From: an uncultured virus (IMG/VR IMGVR_UViG_3300029705_000112)
Taxonomy: Duplodnaviria; Heunggongvirae; Uroviricota; Caudoviricetes
Length of the DNA stretch: 64,000 bases
Strand: one strand, 5' to 3'
Virus record (IMG/VR): IMGVR_UViG_3300029705_000112
The notes beneath the pieces were generated by a model. The model searched no databases. It was not told the origin of the DNA and was given only the letters and a program-made list of their open reading frames with translations. The stretch's first letter is position 1. Every line of letters starts with the position of its first letter. Made by a program: the position numbers and the translations under genes. Shown here piece after piece: positions 1-9,489 of this stretch.

Positions 1-1
1 A

Positions 2-250
2 ACGTATCCAACTCAAAACAAAACTGACACCACTCGAAAAGCGATGTCAGTTCGTTGCTTAATTTTTAATATTTGCTACCCACAAGGGGCTTTTTGTACT
101 GTCCGCACAAATTGGGGCAGTTCAGTACACGAGGGATTTTTGAACAGATTCGGAAGGTGGTATGCAGGAGGTTTTGACCGTTTGCCTGATGAGGTTGTGA
201 TGTGGATGTATCTTCCCGAGCCACCGAAAATGAAAGGCGGTGCGGAATGA
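2..250 (+). CDS. DUF551-like phage protein, 5'-truncated
   Basis: Frame open from the window start; C-terminal VVMWMYLPEPP resembles the DUF551 VTHWMPLP motif. Confidence 0.6.
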   Translation, partial: TYPTQNKTDTTRKAMSVRCLIFNICYPQGAFCTVRTNWGSSVHEGFLNRFGRWYAGGFDRLPDEVVMWMYLPEPPKMKGGAE

Positions 251-687
251 GCCGAAGATTTATTGACGAACAAGACAAAGCTATTTATTTTAGTTGGCAG
301 AGTATGAAAAAACGCTGTTACAATCCAAACTGTAAAGATTTTAAGTGGTATGGCGGCAAGGGAATAACAATATGCGATGAGTGGAGAAGTGACTATCTAA
401 ATTTTAGGGATTGGGCAATAGAAAACGGTCATAAAACAGGATTAACCATAGACCGGATTGATAATAGAATTGGCTATGAGCCTTCAAATTGCCAATGGAT
501 AACAAAATCAGAAAATTCCAAGAAAAGGCAGAGAGAAGGTAAAATTCAAATTATCGAATATCGCGGAGAGGCGCACGGATTGCGATATTGGTCTATGATT
601 ACGGGAATAAATCAAACAACGCTTCAATCAAGGCTTAGAAATGGCTGGAGCGCAGAAAGAGCTTTAACGGAAGGAGTACACGAGTGA
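247..687 (+). CDS. HNH-type homing endonuclease-like protein
   Basis: WQSMKKRCYNP...YGGKGITICDEW...TIDRIDN..GYEPSNCQW signature of phage HNH-like proteins. Confidence 0.75.
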   Translation: MSRRFIDEQDKAIYFSWQSMKKRCYNPNCKDFKWYGGKGITICDEWRSDYLNFRDWAIENGHKTGLTIDRIDNRIGYEPSNCQWITKSENSKKRQREGKIQIIEYRGEAHGLRYWSMITGINQTTLQSRLRNGWSAERALTEGVHE

Positions 688-688
688 T

Positions 689-967
689 ATGGCAAGTTGC
701 GAAGATTGCATTCACAACGAGGTTTGCATTTATAAAAACCATGAAACATACAAAACGGTTCAAGATCTGAAAAACGATTGCCCCGAGTGCGTACCCACCG
801 CCGATGTAGCCCCCAAGACCGAGGTTGCGAGGGAGATTTTGGCGGAGATTGAAAAGAATATGGTTGTATTCGGTGATGCTACTCTATCCACTTATTTTAG
901 AGGGATTGGATGGAAGGTCTTTGCCGAACTCAAAAAGAAATACACGGAGGGCAATGATGAAAGATAG
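689..967 (+). CDS. hypothetical phage protein
   Basis: ORF with RBS; C-terminus similar to 47185-47508. Confidence 0.6.
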   Translation: MASCEDCIHNEVCIYKNHETYKTVQDLKNDCPECVPTADVAPKTEVAREILAEIEKNMVVFGDATLSTYFRGIGWKVFAELKKKYTEGNDER

Positions 968-1310
968 GTTGATAGCGTTGTTGCGAGAAACTTTTGATTA
1001 TACAAAAGGCACTTGCATTGATTTTGACGAAGCCGTGGAGATTAACGCCGACCACCTTATAGCCAACGGCGTTATAGTGCCGCCTGTTAAGGTGGGGCAG
1101 ACGGTGTGGTGTATTTTGAATAGAGCAAAGCCGCAAAAGTTTCAAATCAAAATAGTTTCTATGACGGAGAATTTTTATTCCTTTGTTATCGAAGCACACA
1201 AGGGAGTATATAAACATTATTGCGACCAAAACTCTGTTGGCAGAGTGGTGTTTTTCACAGAGGAAGAAGCGAAAAAGGCACTTGCGGAAAGGAGCAAAAA
1301 TGACCGATAA
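954..1310 (+). CDS. hypothetical phage protein
   Basis: LIANGVIVPPVKVGQTVW...VFFTEEEAKKAL, a common phage early-gene pattern. Confidence 0.6.
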   Translation: MMKDRLIALLRETFDYTKGTCIDFDEAVEINADHLIANGVIVPPVKVGQTVWCILNRAKPQKFQIKIVSMTENFYSFVIEAHKGVYKHYCDQNSVGRVVFFTEEEAKKALAERSKNDR

Positions 1311-1671
1311 GAAATTCACCGACGAGCAGATTATAAAGGCGTTGGAGTGTTGCATTGAGGGCGCATCTTGCATAAAATGCCCTTATTTTGCACTTGCGTA
1401 TGGTTGCATAAAGGCAGTTTTTACGGATGCCCTCTCCCTCATAAAACGCAAAAAAGCGGAGATTGAGAGGTTGGAAGCCATTAACATTGGAATACAAGAC
1501 GAGTACACTGAGATTATTTTCAAAAAGGACAAGGAAATCAAAACCGCAAGAGCCGAAGCAATCAAGGAGTTTGCGGAGAGGTTGAAAAAGCGTTATGTCG
1601 TTGATACAGACAGCGGCTTATATGGGATTTTAGACCAAATCGCAAAGGAAATGACGGAGGGTCAGACATGA
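1300..1671 (+). CDS. hypothetical phage protein
   Basis: Overlapping ORF with RBS; IIKALECC...EAIKEFAERLK pattern. Confidence 0.6.
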   Translation: MTDKKFTDEQIIKALECCIEGASCIKCPYFALAYGCIKAVFTDALSLIKRKKAEIERLEAINIGIQDEYTEIIFKKDKEIKTARAEAIKEFAERLKKRYVVDTDSGLYGILDQIAKEMTEGQT

Positions 1672-1991
1672 CAATATCTGAAGAATTACGCTCCAAAGAG
1701 AGCCGCGACAACCGGGATCTGCTTGACCGCGCGGCTGATACCATTGCGGACTTGCAGATACAGCTTGAGATCGCATATGAGCAGCACGAGCGGAACGTGC
1801 GAGAGCAGGCGAGTAACTATAACATGGCGGTTGACGAGCTGCATCTGACCTACCGTCAGTTGATCAAGGACGCGCGCGCAGAGGTGCTGGAGGATATCAA
1901 GGCACACGCACAGCACCCGGATGGAAGAACGGTCTACGTGATCACCGAGGAGCAGCTTGCGCAGATGTATGAAAGGCATGGGGTGAAATGA
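1668..1991 (+). CDS. hypothetical phage protein (paralog of 47510-47776)
   Basis: N-terminal EELRSKESRDNRDLLDRAA shared with the 47510 ORF. Confidence 0.6.
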   Translation: MTISEELRSKESRDNRDLLDRAADTIADLQIQLEIAYEQHERNVREQASNYNMAVDELHLTYRQLIKDARAEVLEDIKAHAQHPDGRTVYVITEEQLAQMYERHGVK

Positions 1992-2410
1992 GAGAGATTT
2001 TGTTTAGGGCTAAACGCGTTAAAAAATATTGCGCTACTCAAGATTGGACGTATGGTGTGCCGTTTATCGACCACGAGGGCGATTGCATTTTCAAGACAAG
2101 TGCTTCTGAGTATGTTGTTGACCCCGAAACTGTCGGGCAGTACACGGGCTTGACCGTGAACGGCACGAAAATTTTTGAGGGGGATATTGTTAAAGCAACT
2201 TTCTCCTATAATAATTTTACGCAAGATAGAGTTGAAAGAAGAACAGCAACATATGAGGTTAGGTATAACGAGAAATATTGTTATTTTTATCTTGCGAAAC
2301 GCCAAAACAATATGCTATTCGATGGGAATTGGACTTACTGTTTGCGTGAGATCGAAGTTATCGGCAACATTCACGACAACCCTGAATTGCTGGAAGGCGG
2401 TACGAAATGA
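1988..2410 (+). CDS. YopX family protein
   Basis: MREILFRAK...VDPETVGQYTGL...KIFEGDIV...EVIGNIHDNPELL. Confidence 0.9.
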   Translation: MREILFRAKRVKKYCATQDWTYGVPFIDHEGDCIFKTSASEYVVDPETVGQYTGLTVNGTKIFEGDIVKATFSYNNFTQDRVERRTATYEVRYNEKYCYFYLAKRQNNMLFDGNWTYCLREIEVIGNIHDNPELLEGGTK

Positions 2411-2790
2411 ATTGTAACATACCGCGCCAAGTAACGCAGATGTCGCCATCCGACAGAAAAATGATTGCCAAGTATTTTACCGGGCAGATGTACAACGGCA
2501 TGGATCAAGAAAATGAGCGCGTGCAAGAGGTCATGATCAAAGGAAACTGCAGCATGCTTGCGCGTGTGTTCGGCTTTACCGAGGAGCAGCTGCTTGCCTA
2601 CGTTGCCGAGTGGAAACGGTTTTATCGCAGGCTGGAGCGTCTGAAGACCCAAGAGGAGCAGGACGCCTGGCTTGACGAACAGATGAAAGAGTGCTTTCCG
2701 ACCTGCGGCTTTCCGCAGTTTCGGATCGACGAACTGAAAAGAGCTGAAGACAGCGAGTTATTGAATGAAGGGGGAAGAAACGATGCCTAA
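2407..2790 (+). CDS. hypothetical phage protein (paralog of 50231-50629)
   Basis: CNIPRQV..MSPSDRK..KYFT...GFPQFRIDELK shared. Confidence 0.65.
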   Translation: MNCNIPRQVTQMSPSDRKMIAKYFTGQMYNGMDQENERVQEVMIKGNCSMLARVFGFTEEQLLAYVAEWKRFYRRLERLKTQEEQDAWLDEQMKECFPTCGFPQFRIDELKRAEDSELLNEGGRNDA

Positions 2791-3136
2791 GATCGTTACG
2801 GAAGAAAAGAAGCGCGAGATCAAGCGGATGCTTGAAGAGGGGCGCGGATATAGGGAGATCATGGAAGCGTGCCACGTTACCACTAAAACGATTACAAAGG
2901 TTAAAGCAGAAATGCAGGGGGGGGCAAAAATCTGCCCTTCCTGCAAGCACGAGAGCACCGCCAACGCTCGCTTTTGCTGGTACTGCGGTAAGGATATCCG
3001 CGATGAGCGTGATCTGCTGATCGATAAGGTGATTGCCCTGCGCGGTCTGATCGTGCATTTGCCCGAGAACCTGCAGGCGAAATACGATGCCGACACTAAG
3101 GCTGTGTTGGACTATCTGAACAGAAAGGAAAAATAA
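2783..3136 (+). CDS. HTH plus zinc-ribbon protein (paralog of 50580-50945)
   Basis: CPSC...CWYCG zinc ribbon after an HTH-like N-terminus. Confidence 0.65.
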   Translation: MPKIVTEEKKREIKRMLEEGRGYREIMEACHVTTKTITKVKAEMQGGAKICPSCKHESTANARFCWYCGKDIRDERDLLIDKVIALRGLIVHLPENLQAKYDADTKAVLDYLNRKEK

Positions 3137-3138
3137 AC

Positions 3139-3573
3139 ATGCAAAACGAAATGATCTTTGACGTCGTGATTGACGATGGCTGCTACATGCCCGAAAGCGC
3201 GCACGACCCTGATGCAGGCTATGACCTGCGCACACCGGAGCCGTTTATTCTGTGTCCGGGAGAAAGCGTAGTGGTAGACACCGGGGTACACGTTGCCATT
3301 CCGCGTGGCTATGTTGGATTTCTAAAAAGCAAGTCAGGTCTGAACGTGCGCGATCACGTGACCGGGGAAGGGGTCATTGACAGCGGCTACACCGGATCAA
3401 TCTGCGTCAAGCTCTACCACAACAGACCCGACATGCCTCCCAAGCGTTTTGATCGAGGCGACAAGATCATTCAGATCGTATTCCTGCCAATTGCAAAGCC
3501 CACGCTGCGAAAGGTGGAAAGCCTTGAATCAACCGAGCGCGGCAACGGTGGTTTCGGGAGTACCGGAGCATGA
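3139..3573 (+). CDS. dut: trimeric dUTPase
   Basis: AGYDL, KSGL, GVIDSGYTG, RGNGGFGSTG motifs. Confidence 0.95.
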   Translation: MQNEMIFDVVIDDGCYMPESAHDPDAGYDLRTPEPFILCPGESVVVDTGVHVAIPRGYVGFLKSKSGLNVRDHVTGEGVIDSGYTGSICVKLYHNRPDMPPKRFDRGDKIIQIVFLPIAKPTLRKVESLESTERGNGGFGSTGA

Positions 3574-3779
3574 CAAAGCCGTCACCGTGCTACAAGTGCA
3601 AGAAGCGCACGTTGACTTGCCATGATACGTGCGAGGAGTATGCAGATTTTGACCGCGAGAACAAGCGCAGGCTTGCAGCCAAGCACCGCGAAGAGGATGC
3701 GCTGGCAGATATTCTGCTTTCTCCTTCGCGGATGCGGCAGGATCGCAAGAAGTTGCGAAAGCGGCAGGTCGGGCGGTAG
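3570..3779 (+). CDS. small Cys-rich hypothetical protein
   Basis: PCYKC..R...CHDTC motif; overlaps the dut stop. Confidence 0.6.
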   Translation: MTKPSPCYKCKKRTLTCHDTCEEYADFDRENKRRLAAKHREEDALADILLSPSRMRQDRKKLRKRQVGR

Positions 3780-3806
3780 AGATTGGAGTATATGCGGCTA
3801 TATAAT
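3771..3806 (+). promoter_or_regulatory. putative phage A late promoter, copy 1
   Basis: GGGCGGTAGA-N20-TATAAT. Confidence 0.65.
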
Positions 3807-3832
3807 AGAATAAAACCAATGGAAGGAGAATA

Positions 3833-4069
3833 TTGCGGATGCCAACTCAATCATCCTATATGAGAGTACACGTGCAATGCCCGTTTTACAAGGGCGATGA
3901 GAAGCGTCGCAGAGTGATTTGCGAGGGGCTTGTTGATCATTCTACGCTATCTCTTTCCTATGGGAGCGCAAAGGATTTTCAAATTCAGATGAAGACCTTC
4001 TGCTGCGATCACTTTCAATACTGCGAGGTATATCAGATGCTGATGAACAGCAAGTATGACGGGGTGTAG
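3833..4069 (+). CDS. small Cys-rich protein, candidate late transcription activator
   Basis: CPFY...ICEG...FCC..F..CE; immediately upstream of terS; RBS GGAG; activator role is inference. Confidence 0.55.
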   Translation: MRMPTQSSYMRVHVQCPFYKGDEKRRRVICEGLVDHSTLSLSYGSAKDFQIQMKTFCCDHFQYCEVYQMLMNSKYDGV

Positions 4070-4096
4070 AAAACTACACTCCGTTTTCTTTATAAT
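4061..4096 (+). promoter_or_regulatory. putative phage A late promoter, copy 2 (terS)
   Basis: GGGGTGTAGA-N20-TATAAT. Confidence 0.7.
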
Positions 4097-4117
4097 GGGA
4101 AAAAAAGGAGGGACACC

Positions 4118-4714
4118 GTGGCGGATTACAACTGGACGAAAATCAAAAAAGAATACATCACCAGCGATGCTGCAAGCTATACGACTCTTGCCAAGAAATA
4201 CGGTGTCGCTCGTAGCGCAATTGCTCACCGAGCAGGCAAGGAACGATGGGTAGAACAGAAGGAACGCTACAGGAACGAGATTATCACAAAAACGGTGGAA
4301 GCCATGCAGGAAAAGCAGCTTGACAAAATGAAGCGCATTCAGGATGCGACAGATCGCCTTTTGACCAAGCTGGAGCAGGCTATAGACGAGCTTGATAGAC
4401 AGATTGTGCGAGACGTTACCAAAACCAAGGTAATCGAGTACAACAACGAAATGCGCCCCGATAAGCCAACTAAGGAAACTATAGAGGAGCGTGAGGAGGT
4501 CAAGGACGTTTCAACCATCATTGACAGAGCCGGTATCAAGGCGATTGCTTCTGCGCTGCGTGATATCAAGGAGATTCAAATGCTCAAATCCGATCTTGAT
4601 CAGAAGGAGCAGGAGGCAAGGATTGCTAAGCTGCAGAAGGATGCAACCGTGGAGGACAAGACCGTGGATATTACGGTCACATTCGGATCGGATGCGGAGG
4701 AGTACAGCGGATGA
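4118..4714 (+). CDS. terS: terminase small subunit (phage A)
   Basis: N-terminal HTH (WTKIKKEYI...LAKKYGV); directly upstream of terL. Confidence 0.75.
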   Translation: MADYNWTKIKKEYITSDAASYTTLAKKYGVARSAIAHRAGKERWVEQKERYRNEIITKTVEAMQEKQLDKMKRIQDATDRLLTKLEQAIDELDRQIVRDVTKTKVIEYNNEMRPDKPTKETIEEREEVKDVSTIIDRAGIKAIASALRDIKEIQMLKSDLDQKEQEARIAKLQKDATVEDKTVDITVTFGSDAEEYSG

Positions 4715-6303
4715 GCAAATTGATCATATCTCCACCTTCGGAGAAGCAGAAGCTGTTTTTGCTTGCCAACACAAAGCACATCGGTTTTGGCGGTGCGCGT
4801 GGCGGTGGAAAATCCTGGGCTGTTCGCACCAAGGCAAAGCTGCTTGCGCTGCGGTACGGGGGGATTCGCATCCTGATCGTAAGACGCACGTACCCCGAGC
4901 TGATCAACAACCACATCAATATCCTGCGCGCAGAGCTGCTTGGAATTGCCAAGTACAACGACAAGGACAAGGTGCTCAAATTTGTCAACGGCTCAACGAT
5001 AAATTTCACCTACTGCGACAACGACAAGGACCTTGACCGCTTGCAGGGCGTGGAATACGACGTGATATTCCTTGACGAGGCGACACAGCTGTCCGAGCAT
5101 CAGATGAAGGTGATCTCCGCGTGCTGCCGTGGCGTCAACAGCTTTCCGAAGCGCATTTACTACACCTGCAACCCAGGTGGGCAGGGACACGGCTATATCA
5201 AGCGCATTTTCATTGACAAGCGGTATGAGGAGGGCGAGACCCCCGAGGACTACACCTTCATTCAATCGCTTGTGACGGATAACAAGGTGCTGCTGGAGAG
5301 TCAGCCCGAGTATATCAAGCAGCTGGAGGCATTGCCGCCAAAGCTGCGAGATGCTTGGCTATACGGGCGATGGGACATTTTCGAGGGGCAATTCTTTGAG
5401 GACTTCCGCACAACACCCGATCCTATCCTTTGTGAGCAGGCAGGAATTTCCACGGATCAGGCATTGCAGCAGCGCAGGTTTACGCACGTGATCAAGCCTT
5501 TCGACCTTAATTCGGGCGAGTGCCGTGGCTGGAATATCATGCGCTCTTACGACTTTGGATACGGCAAGCCGTTTTCACTCGGATACTGGGCTGTTGACTA
5601 CGAAGGAACGCTGTACCGCATTATGGAGATGTACGGTTGCACAAGCACGCCAAACGAGGGCGTCAAGTGGAGCCCTGACGAGCAATTCCGACGCATGGCG
5701 GAGCTGGAGCGTGAGCATCCGTGGCTCAATGGAAGGCATATTATAGACAGCGTGGCAGACCCTGCGATCTTTGAGAGCAGTCGCGGAGAGAGCATTGCGG
5801 AGACGGCTATGAAGTACGGTATTTACTTTACCCCCGGAGACAACCAGCGCATACCTGGATGGATGCAGGTACACTACCGATTCCAGTTTGACGAGAACGG
5901 ATATCCGCGCATGTACGTGTTTGATACCTGCAAGGCGTTTATCCGCACCATTCCGCTGATGATGTTCTCGGATACAAAGCCCGAGGATCTTGACACGACG
6001 CTGGAAGACCATTGCCTTACAGGTGACACGCAGGTTCTGACCGACGAAGGATACAAGACTTTGCAAAGCCTTGTCGGAACAGAAGGATTGGTGATGTCTC
6101 ACGATGGTGAGTACCATCGATACTACGATGTTCGGCTTACAAGAAAGCAAGCAGACGTATACGCCATCGAGCTTGAGGATGGCACGAAAATTTATTGCAC
6201 CGATGACCACAGATTCATGCTTCCGAACGGTGAGTGGATACACGCCAAGGATCTGTCGGCAGGAATGGAGGTAAAAACACATGGAAGTACAAGTAATCAG
6301 TAG
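4711..6303 (+). CDS. terL: terminase large subunit N-part fused to split intein N-half (IntN from Cys at 6013)
   Basis: Walker A GGARGGGKS, Walker B IFLDEA, TCNPGG, nuclease DFG; then CLTGDTQV (intein block A) and TDDHRF (block B). Confidence 0.93.
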   Translation: MSKLIISPPSEKQKLFLLANTKHIGFGGARGGGKSWAVRTKAKLLALRYGGIRILIVRRTYPELINNHINILRAELLGIAKYNDKDKVLKFVNGSTINFTYCDNDKDLDRLQGVEYDVIFLDEATQLSEHQMKVISACCRGVNSFPKRIYYTCNPGGQGHGYIKRIFIDKRYEEGETPEDYTFIQSLVTDNKVLLESQPEYIKQLEALPPKLRDAWLYGRWDIFEGQFFEDFRTTPDPILCEQAGISTDQALQQRRFTHVIKPFDLNSGECRGWNIMRSYDFGYGKPFSLGYWAVDYEGTLYRIMEMYGCTSTPNEGVKWSPDEQFRRMAELEREHPWLNGRHIIDSVADPAIFESSRGESIAETAMKYGIYFTPGDNQRIPGWMQVHYRFQFDENGYPRMYVFDTCKAFIRTIPLMMFSDTKPEDLDTTLEDHCLTGDTQVLTDEGYKTLQSLVGTEGLVMSHDGEYHRYYDVRLTRKQADVYAIELEDGTKIYCTDDHRFMLPNGEWIHAKDLSAGMEVKTHGSTSNQ

Positions 6304-6883
6304 CACAGTACAAAAATTCAATGGGGAGTCGTTTTATTTGTGCGGCTCATATTACCAACGAAAGGGCAAACGCTTACACAGAACGGTATGGGAGTACCAC
6401 AACGGGGCAATACCGAGAGGCTATCACGTGCATCATGCTGACGAGAACAGAAGCAACAACCAAATTGACAATCTTCGTTTGGTGAAAGCAGAAAAGCATC
6501 TGAGCGATCACATGAAAAGCCCGGGCAGAATTGAACAAAGCAAGAAAAGCCTGCAAAAAGCCATCCCAAAAGCCCCGGAATGGCACGCAAGCGAAGAAGG
6601 ACGCGAATGGCATTCGGAGCATGCAAAGCAATACTGGGAAAATGCCCCCGAAAACACGTATTGCTGCGATTTTTGCGGTATGGAATACAAGACGCAAAAA
6701 GTCATGATAAAGGGAAATCATTTTTGCAGCAACAAGTGCAAGTCGGCATTTCGCAGAAAAATCGGGATCGATAGCGAAAGCCGCGTCTGCCTTGAATGCG
6801 GAAAGTCATTTGTGACGAGCAAATACAGCAAGAATGTGACCTGTGGATATGAGTGCGCACGTAAAAGGCGGTGGGGTAAATGA
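6281..6883 (+). CDS. free-standing HNH homing endonuclease with C-terminal zinc fingers, between the intein halves
   Basis: LHRTVWE...HVHHADENRSNNQIDNL HNH motif; CxxC pairs; own GGAGG RBS; different frame from terL. Confidence 0.9.
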   Translation: MEVQVISSTVQKFNGESFYLCGSYYQRKGKRLHRTVWEYHNGAIPRGYHVHHADENRSNNQIDNLRLVKAEKHLSDHMKSPGRIEQSKKSLQKAIPKAPEWHASEEGREWHSEHAKQYWENAPENTYCCDFCGMEYKTQKVMIKGNHFCSNKCKSAFRRKIGIDSESRVCLECGKSFVTSKYSKNVTCGYECARKRRWGK

Positions 6884-7116
6884 AGATAAAAAGCATAACC
6901 TACGCAGGCAAGGCTGACGTGTACAACATGGAAGTGGAGGACACGCATAGCTTTGTGATACAAGGAGGCGTGATTTCCCATAACTGCGCAGACGAGGTGC
7001 GCTATATGTGCATGTCGCGTCCCGTAAGCCCGATCATACCGCAGAAGCGTGACGCGATCATCTCCGACCCATTGAACCAATACTCGCAGGCACAGCTGCG
7101 CAGAGGATATAAATAA
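6880..7116 (+). CDS. terL: split intein C-half (35 aa) plus terminase C-terminal extein
   Basis: VYNMEVEDTHSF (block F), ISHN/C (block G); extein CADEVRY completes the DHxxDxxRY terminase motif. Confidence 0.92.
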   Translation: MKIKSITYAGKADVYNMEVEDTHSFVIQGGVISHNCADEVRYMCMSRPVSPIIPQKRDAIISDPLNQYSQAQLRRGYK

Positions 7117-7139
7117 CGATACGTAACGGAGGATATTCC

Positions 7140-8981
7140 ATGGATGAAAAGAATGAATTGAATACTATGAAGCCCACGGACGAGATGCTGGTGCGTCCCA
7201 TCGGCAAGGAGCAGATACTGGAGCTGAACCGAGTGCTTCAGAAATACGCATCGGGGCTTAAGAAGACGCACAACCGCATCATTGCCTCGGAAAACTGGTG
7301 GCAGCTGCGCAACGCGCGCGAGGAGGGAAAGGAAGACGAGCCGTTCCGCAGCGTTTCTGGTTGGCTGCACAACGTACTGACAAGCAAGCATGCAGACGCA
7401 ATTGAAGCGTACCCCGAGCCAAACATTCTGCCTCGCGAGGTGGCGGACGCAGGGGAGGCGCAGATGCTTTCCTCGATCATCCCTTGCATACTGGAACAGA
7501 ACCAGTTTGAGGAGACATACAACGAGGCGATGTGGCAGAAGGTAAAGTACGGAACCGGCATTTACAAGATCGTTTGGGATGCAAGCAAGCTGGGCGGTCT
7601 TGGTGACATTACCATTGAGGCTGTCAATCCGCTTAATCTCTATTGGGAGCCTGCGATCAAGGACATTCAGAAGTCGCGTTATATCTTCCACACCGAGCTT
7701 GTGGACAAGGACGTGCTGACCGCGCTTTATCCTGAGCTTGAGGGAAAGCTGAAGGATGCTGCTTTTGTGTCCGGCAAATTCGTTCAGGACGAGCAGCAGG
7801 ACGCTGACAAGGCAACCGTGATCGATTGCTATTACCATAAGACGGTCAACGGTGTCAACACGCTGCAATACGTAAAATACGTGGGTGACGTAGTGCTGTT
7901 TGCTACCGAGAACGATCCCGAAATGAGTGTGCGCGGTCTTTACGATCACGGCAGATACCCCTACGAGTTTGACGCGCTGTTCCCCGTGGAGGGATCACCC
8001 TGCGGGTACGGATACGTGGACGTTTGCCGCTCTCCTCAGATGGAGATCGACAACATGAAGACGGCGTTCAACGCAAACGTCATGGTAACGAGCAAGCCGA
8101 GGTACTTTGCAATGGCAAACGACGCGATCAATGAAGACGAGTTCCTCAACACTAACAAGCCAATCGTTCACGTAGCAGGACGGCTTGACGAGAGTGCGCT
8201 GCGTCCCATTGAAACAAAGCCCCTTGACGGTGCCGCAATTTCGATGTATGACCGCACGATCGACGAGCTGCGCGAGACCTCGGGCAACACCGAAACGTCC
8301 ACGGGAAACGCATCCTCGGGCGTGACAGCGGCATCCGCGATTGCAGCCTTGCAGGAGGCAAGCGGAAAGGGATCGAGAGACGCGACAAAGGGCTCATACA
8401 GATCGTTTGGCAGGATCGTGGAAATCGTGATCGAGCTGATGCGCCAATTTTACACAGCCCCGCGTAAATTCCGCATTCTCGGGGAATACGGCACGCAGAA
8501 GTACGTGGAGTACACCAATCAGGGAATCAAGCCCGTGGAATACGGTCAAGCCTTTGGAGAGGATGGCGGCATTCGCAAGCCGCTGTTTGACGTCAAGATC
8601 TCGGCACAGAAGAAAAACACATACACAAAGATCGCGCAGAACGAGATGGCAATTCAGTTCTATCAGATGGGCTTCTTTGATCCCATGAGAGCAGATCAGG
8701 CAATCGCTTGTCTTGGTATTATGGAGTTCGACGGCAAGGATGCTCTGATGCAAAAGATCGCTCAGAACGGCATGATGATGCAAAAGCTGACACAGTACAT
8801 GCAGATGGCGTTTTCGCTGACGGGAGATCCTCGAATTGCTGCGGACATGCAGCAGACGCTTGGCATTCAGGCTGCAATTCCCGGTGGTGCAGGCGCAAGG
8901 ATGCCAGACCCTGAGAACAAAGAACCTGCCAACGTTGAGAACGCAAGAGAAAGATCGGCTGCTGCTTCGCAGCCTGCATAA
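7140..8981 (+). CDS. portal protein (phage A)
   Basis: 613 aa after terL; TAASAIAALQEA motif typical of podovirus-like portals. Confidence 0.85.
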   Translation: MDEKNELNTMKPTDEMLVRPIGKEQILELNRVLQKYASGLKKTHNRIIASENWWQLRNAREEGKEDEPFRSVSGWLHNVLTSKHADAIEAYPEPNILPREVADAGEAQMLSSIIPCILEQNQFEETYNEAMWQKVKYGTGIYKIVWDASKLGGLGDITIEAVNPLNLYWEPAIKDIQKSRYIFHTELVDKDVLTALYPELEGKLKDAAFVSGKFVQDEQQDADKATVIDCYYHKTVNGVNTLQYVKYVGDVVLFATENDPEMSVRGLYDHGRYPYEFDALFPVEGSPCGYGYVDVCRSPQMEIDNMKTAFNANVMVTSKPRYFAMANDAINEDEFLNTNKPIVHVAGRLDESALRPIETKPLDGAAISMYDRTIDELRETSGNTETSTGNASSGVTAASAIAALQEASGKGSRDATKGSYRSFGRIVEIVIELMRQFYTAPRKFRILGEYGTQKYVEYTNQGIKPVEYGQAFGEDGGIRKPLFDVKISAQKKNTYTKIAQNEMAIQFYQMGFFDPMRADQAIACLGIMEFDGKDALMQKIAQNGMMMQKLTQYMQMAFSLTGDPRIAADMQQTLGIQAAIPGGAGARMPDPENKEPANVENARERSAAASQPA

Positions 8982-8990
8982 GGAGGATTT

Positions 8991-9314
8991 ATGATCGAGG
9001 TAACCTACAGCAAGAAAAGACACAAAGTAACCGTCACAGGACACGCGAGAAGCGGGCAGGAAGGGCACGACCTCGTCTGCGCGGCTGTATCTGCACTTAC
9101 CTACACGCTTGCCGCAAATGCGGAAAATTTGCGCTCTTGTGGGCAGGTAAGCAAGGCAGTCATTCGTCTTGATCCGGGAGACGCTGTGATCAAGTGCCGC
9201 ACGACAGACAAATTCAAGAGCGTGGTATCGGTGATCTTTGATTCGATCTGTGTTGGCTTTGAGCTGCTTGCAGCAAACTACCCTGAAAATATTTCGTACA
9301 AAATCGAAAAGTAG
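8991..9314 (+). CDS. prp: Prp-family (ribosomal-processing) cysteine protease
   Basis: GHA...DLVCAAVSAL catalytic His/Cys motifs; 107 aa. Confidence 0.9.
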   Translation: MIEVTYSKKRHKVTVTGHARSGQEGHDLVCAAVSALTYTLAANAENLRSCGQVSKAVIRLDPGDAVIKCRTTDKFKSVVSVIFDSICVGFELLAANYPENISYKIEK

Positions 9315-9349
9315 GGGTGTAGAGAAACAAAAGGGGGAAGTGTTATGCT
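9314..9349 (+). promoter_or_regulatory. putative phage A late promoter, copy 3
   Basis: GGGGTGTAGA-N20-TATGCT with extended -10 TG. Confidence 0.65.
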
Positions 9350-9414
9350 ATGAGTAGCACTTCCTCCTTCATCCTTTTACCGCCTTCCGTGGGGCGGAAA
9401 ATACCACGGCTTGT

Positions 9415-9489
9415 GCTGTGCTGGCTCAACGGTAGAGCAGCCGATTTGTAATCGGCAGGTTGATGGTTCGATTCCATTGCGCAGCTCCA
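9415..9489 (+). tRNA. tRNA-Thr(TGT)
   Basis: Acceptor GCTGTGC/GCGCAGC, D arm GCTC/GAGC, anticodon stem GCCGA/TCGGC with loop TTTGTAA, T loop TTCGATT, encoded CCA. Confidence 0.93.

Noticed and set aside
6281..6883. Group I intron interrupting terL
   Set aside because: The flanks carry intein blocks A/B and F/G and there is no non-coding room for an intron core
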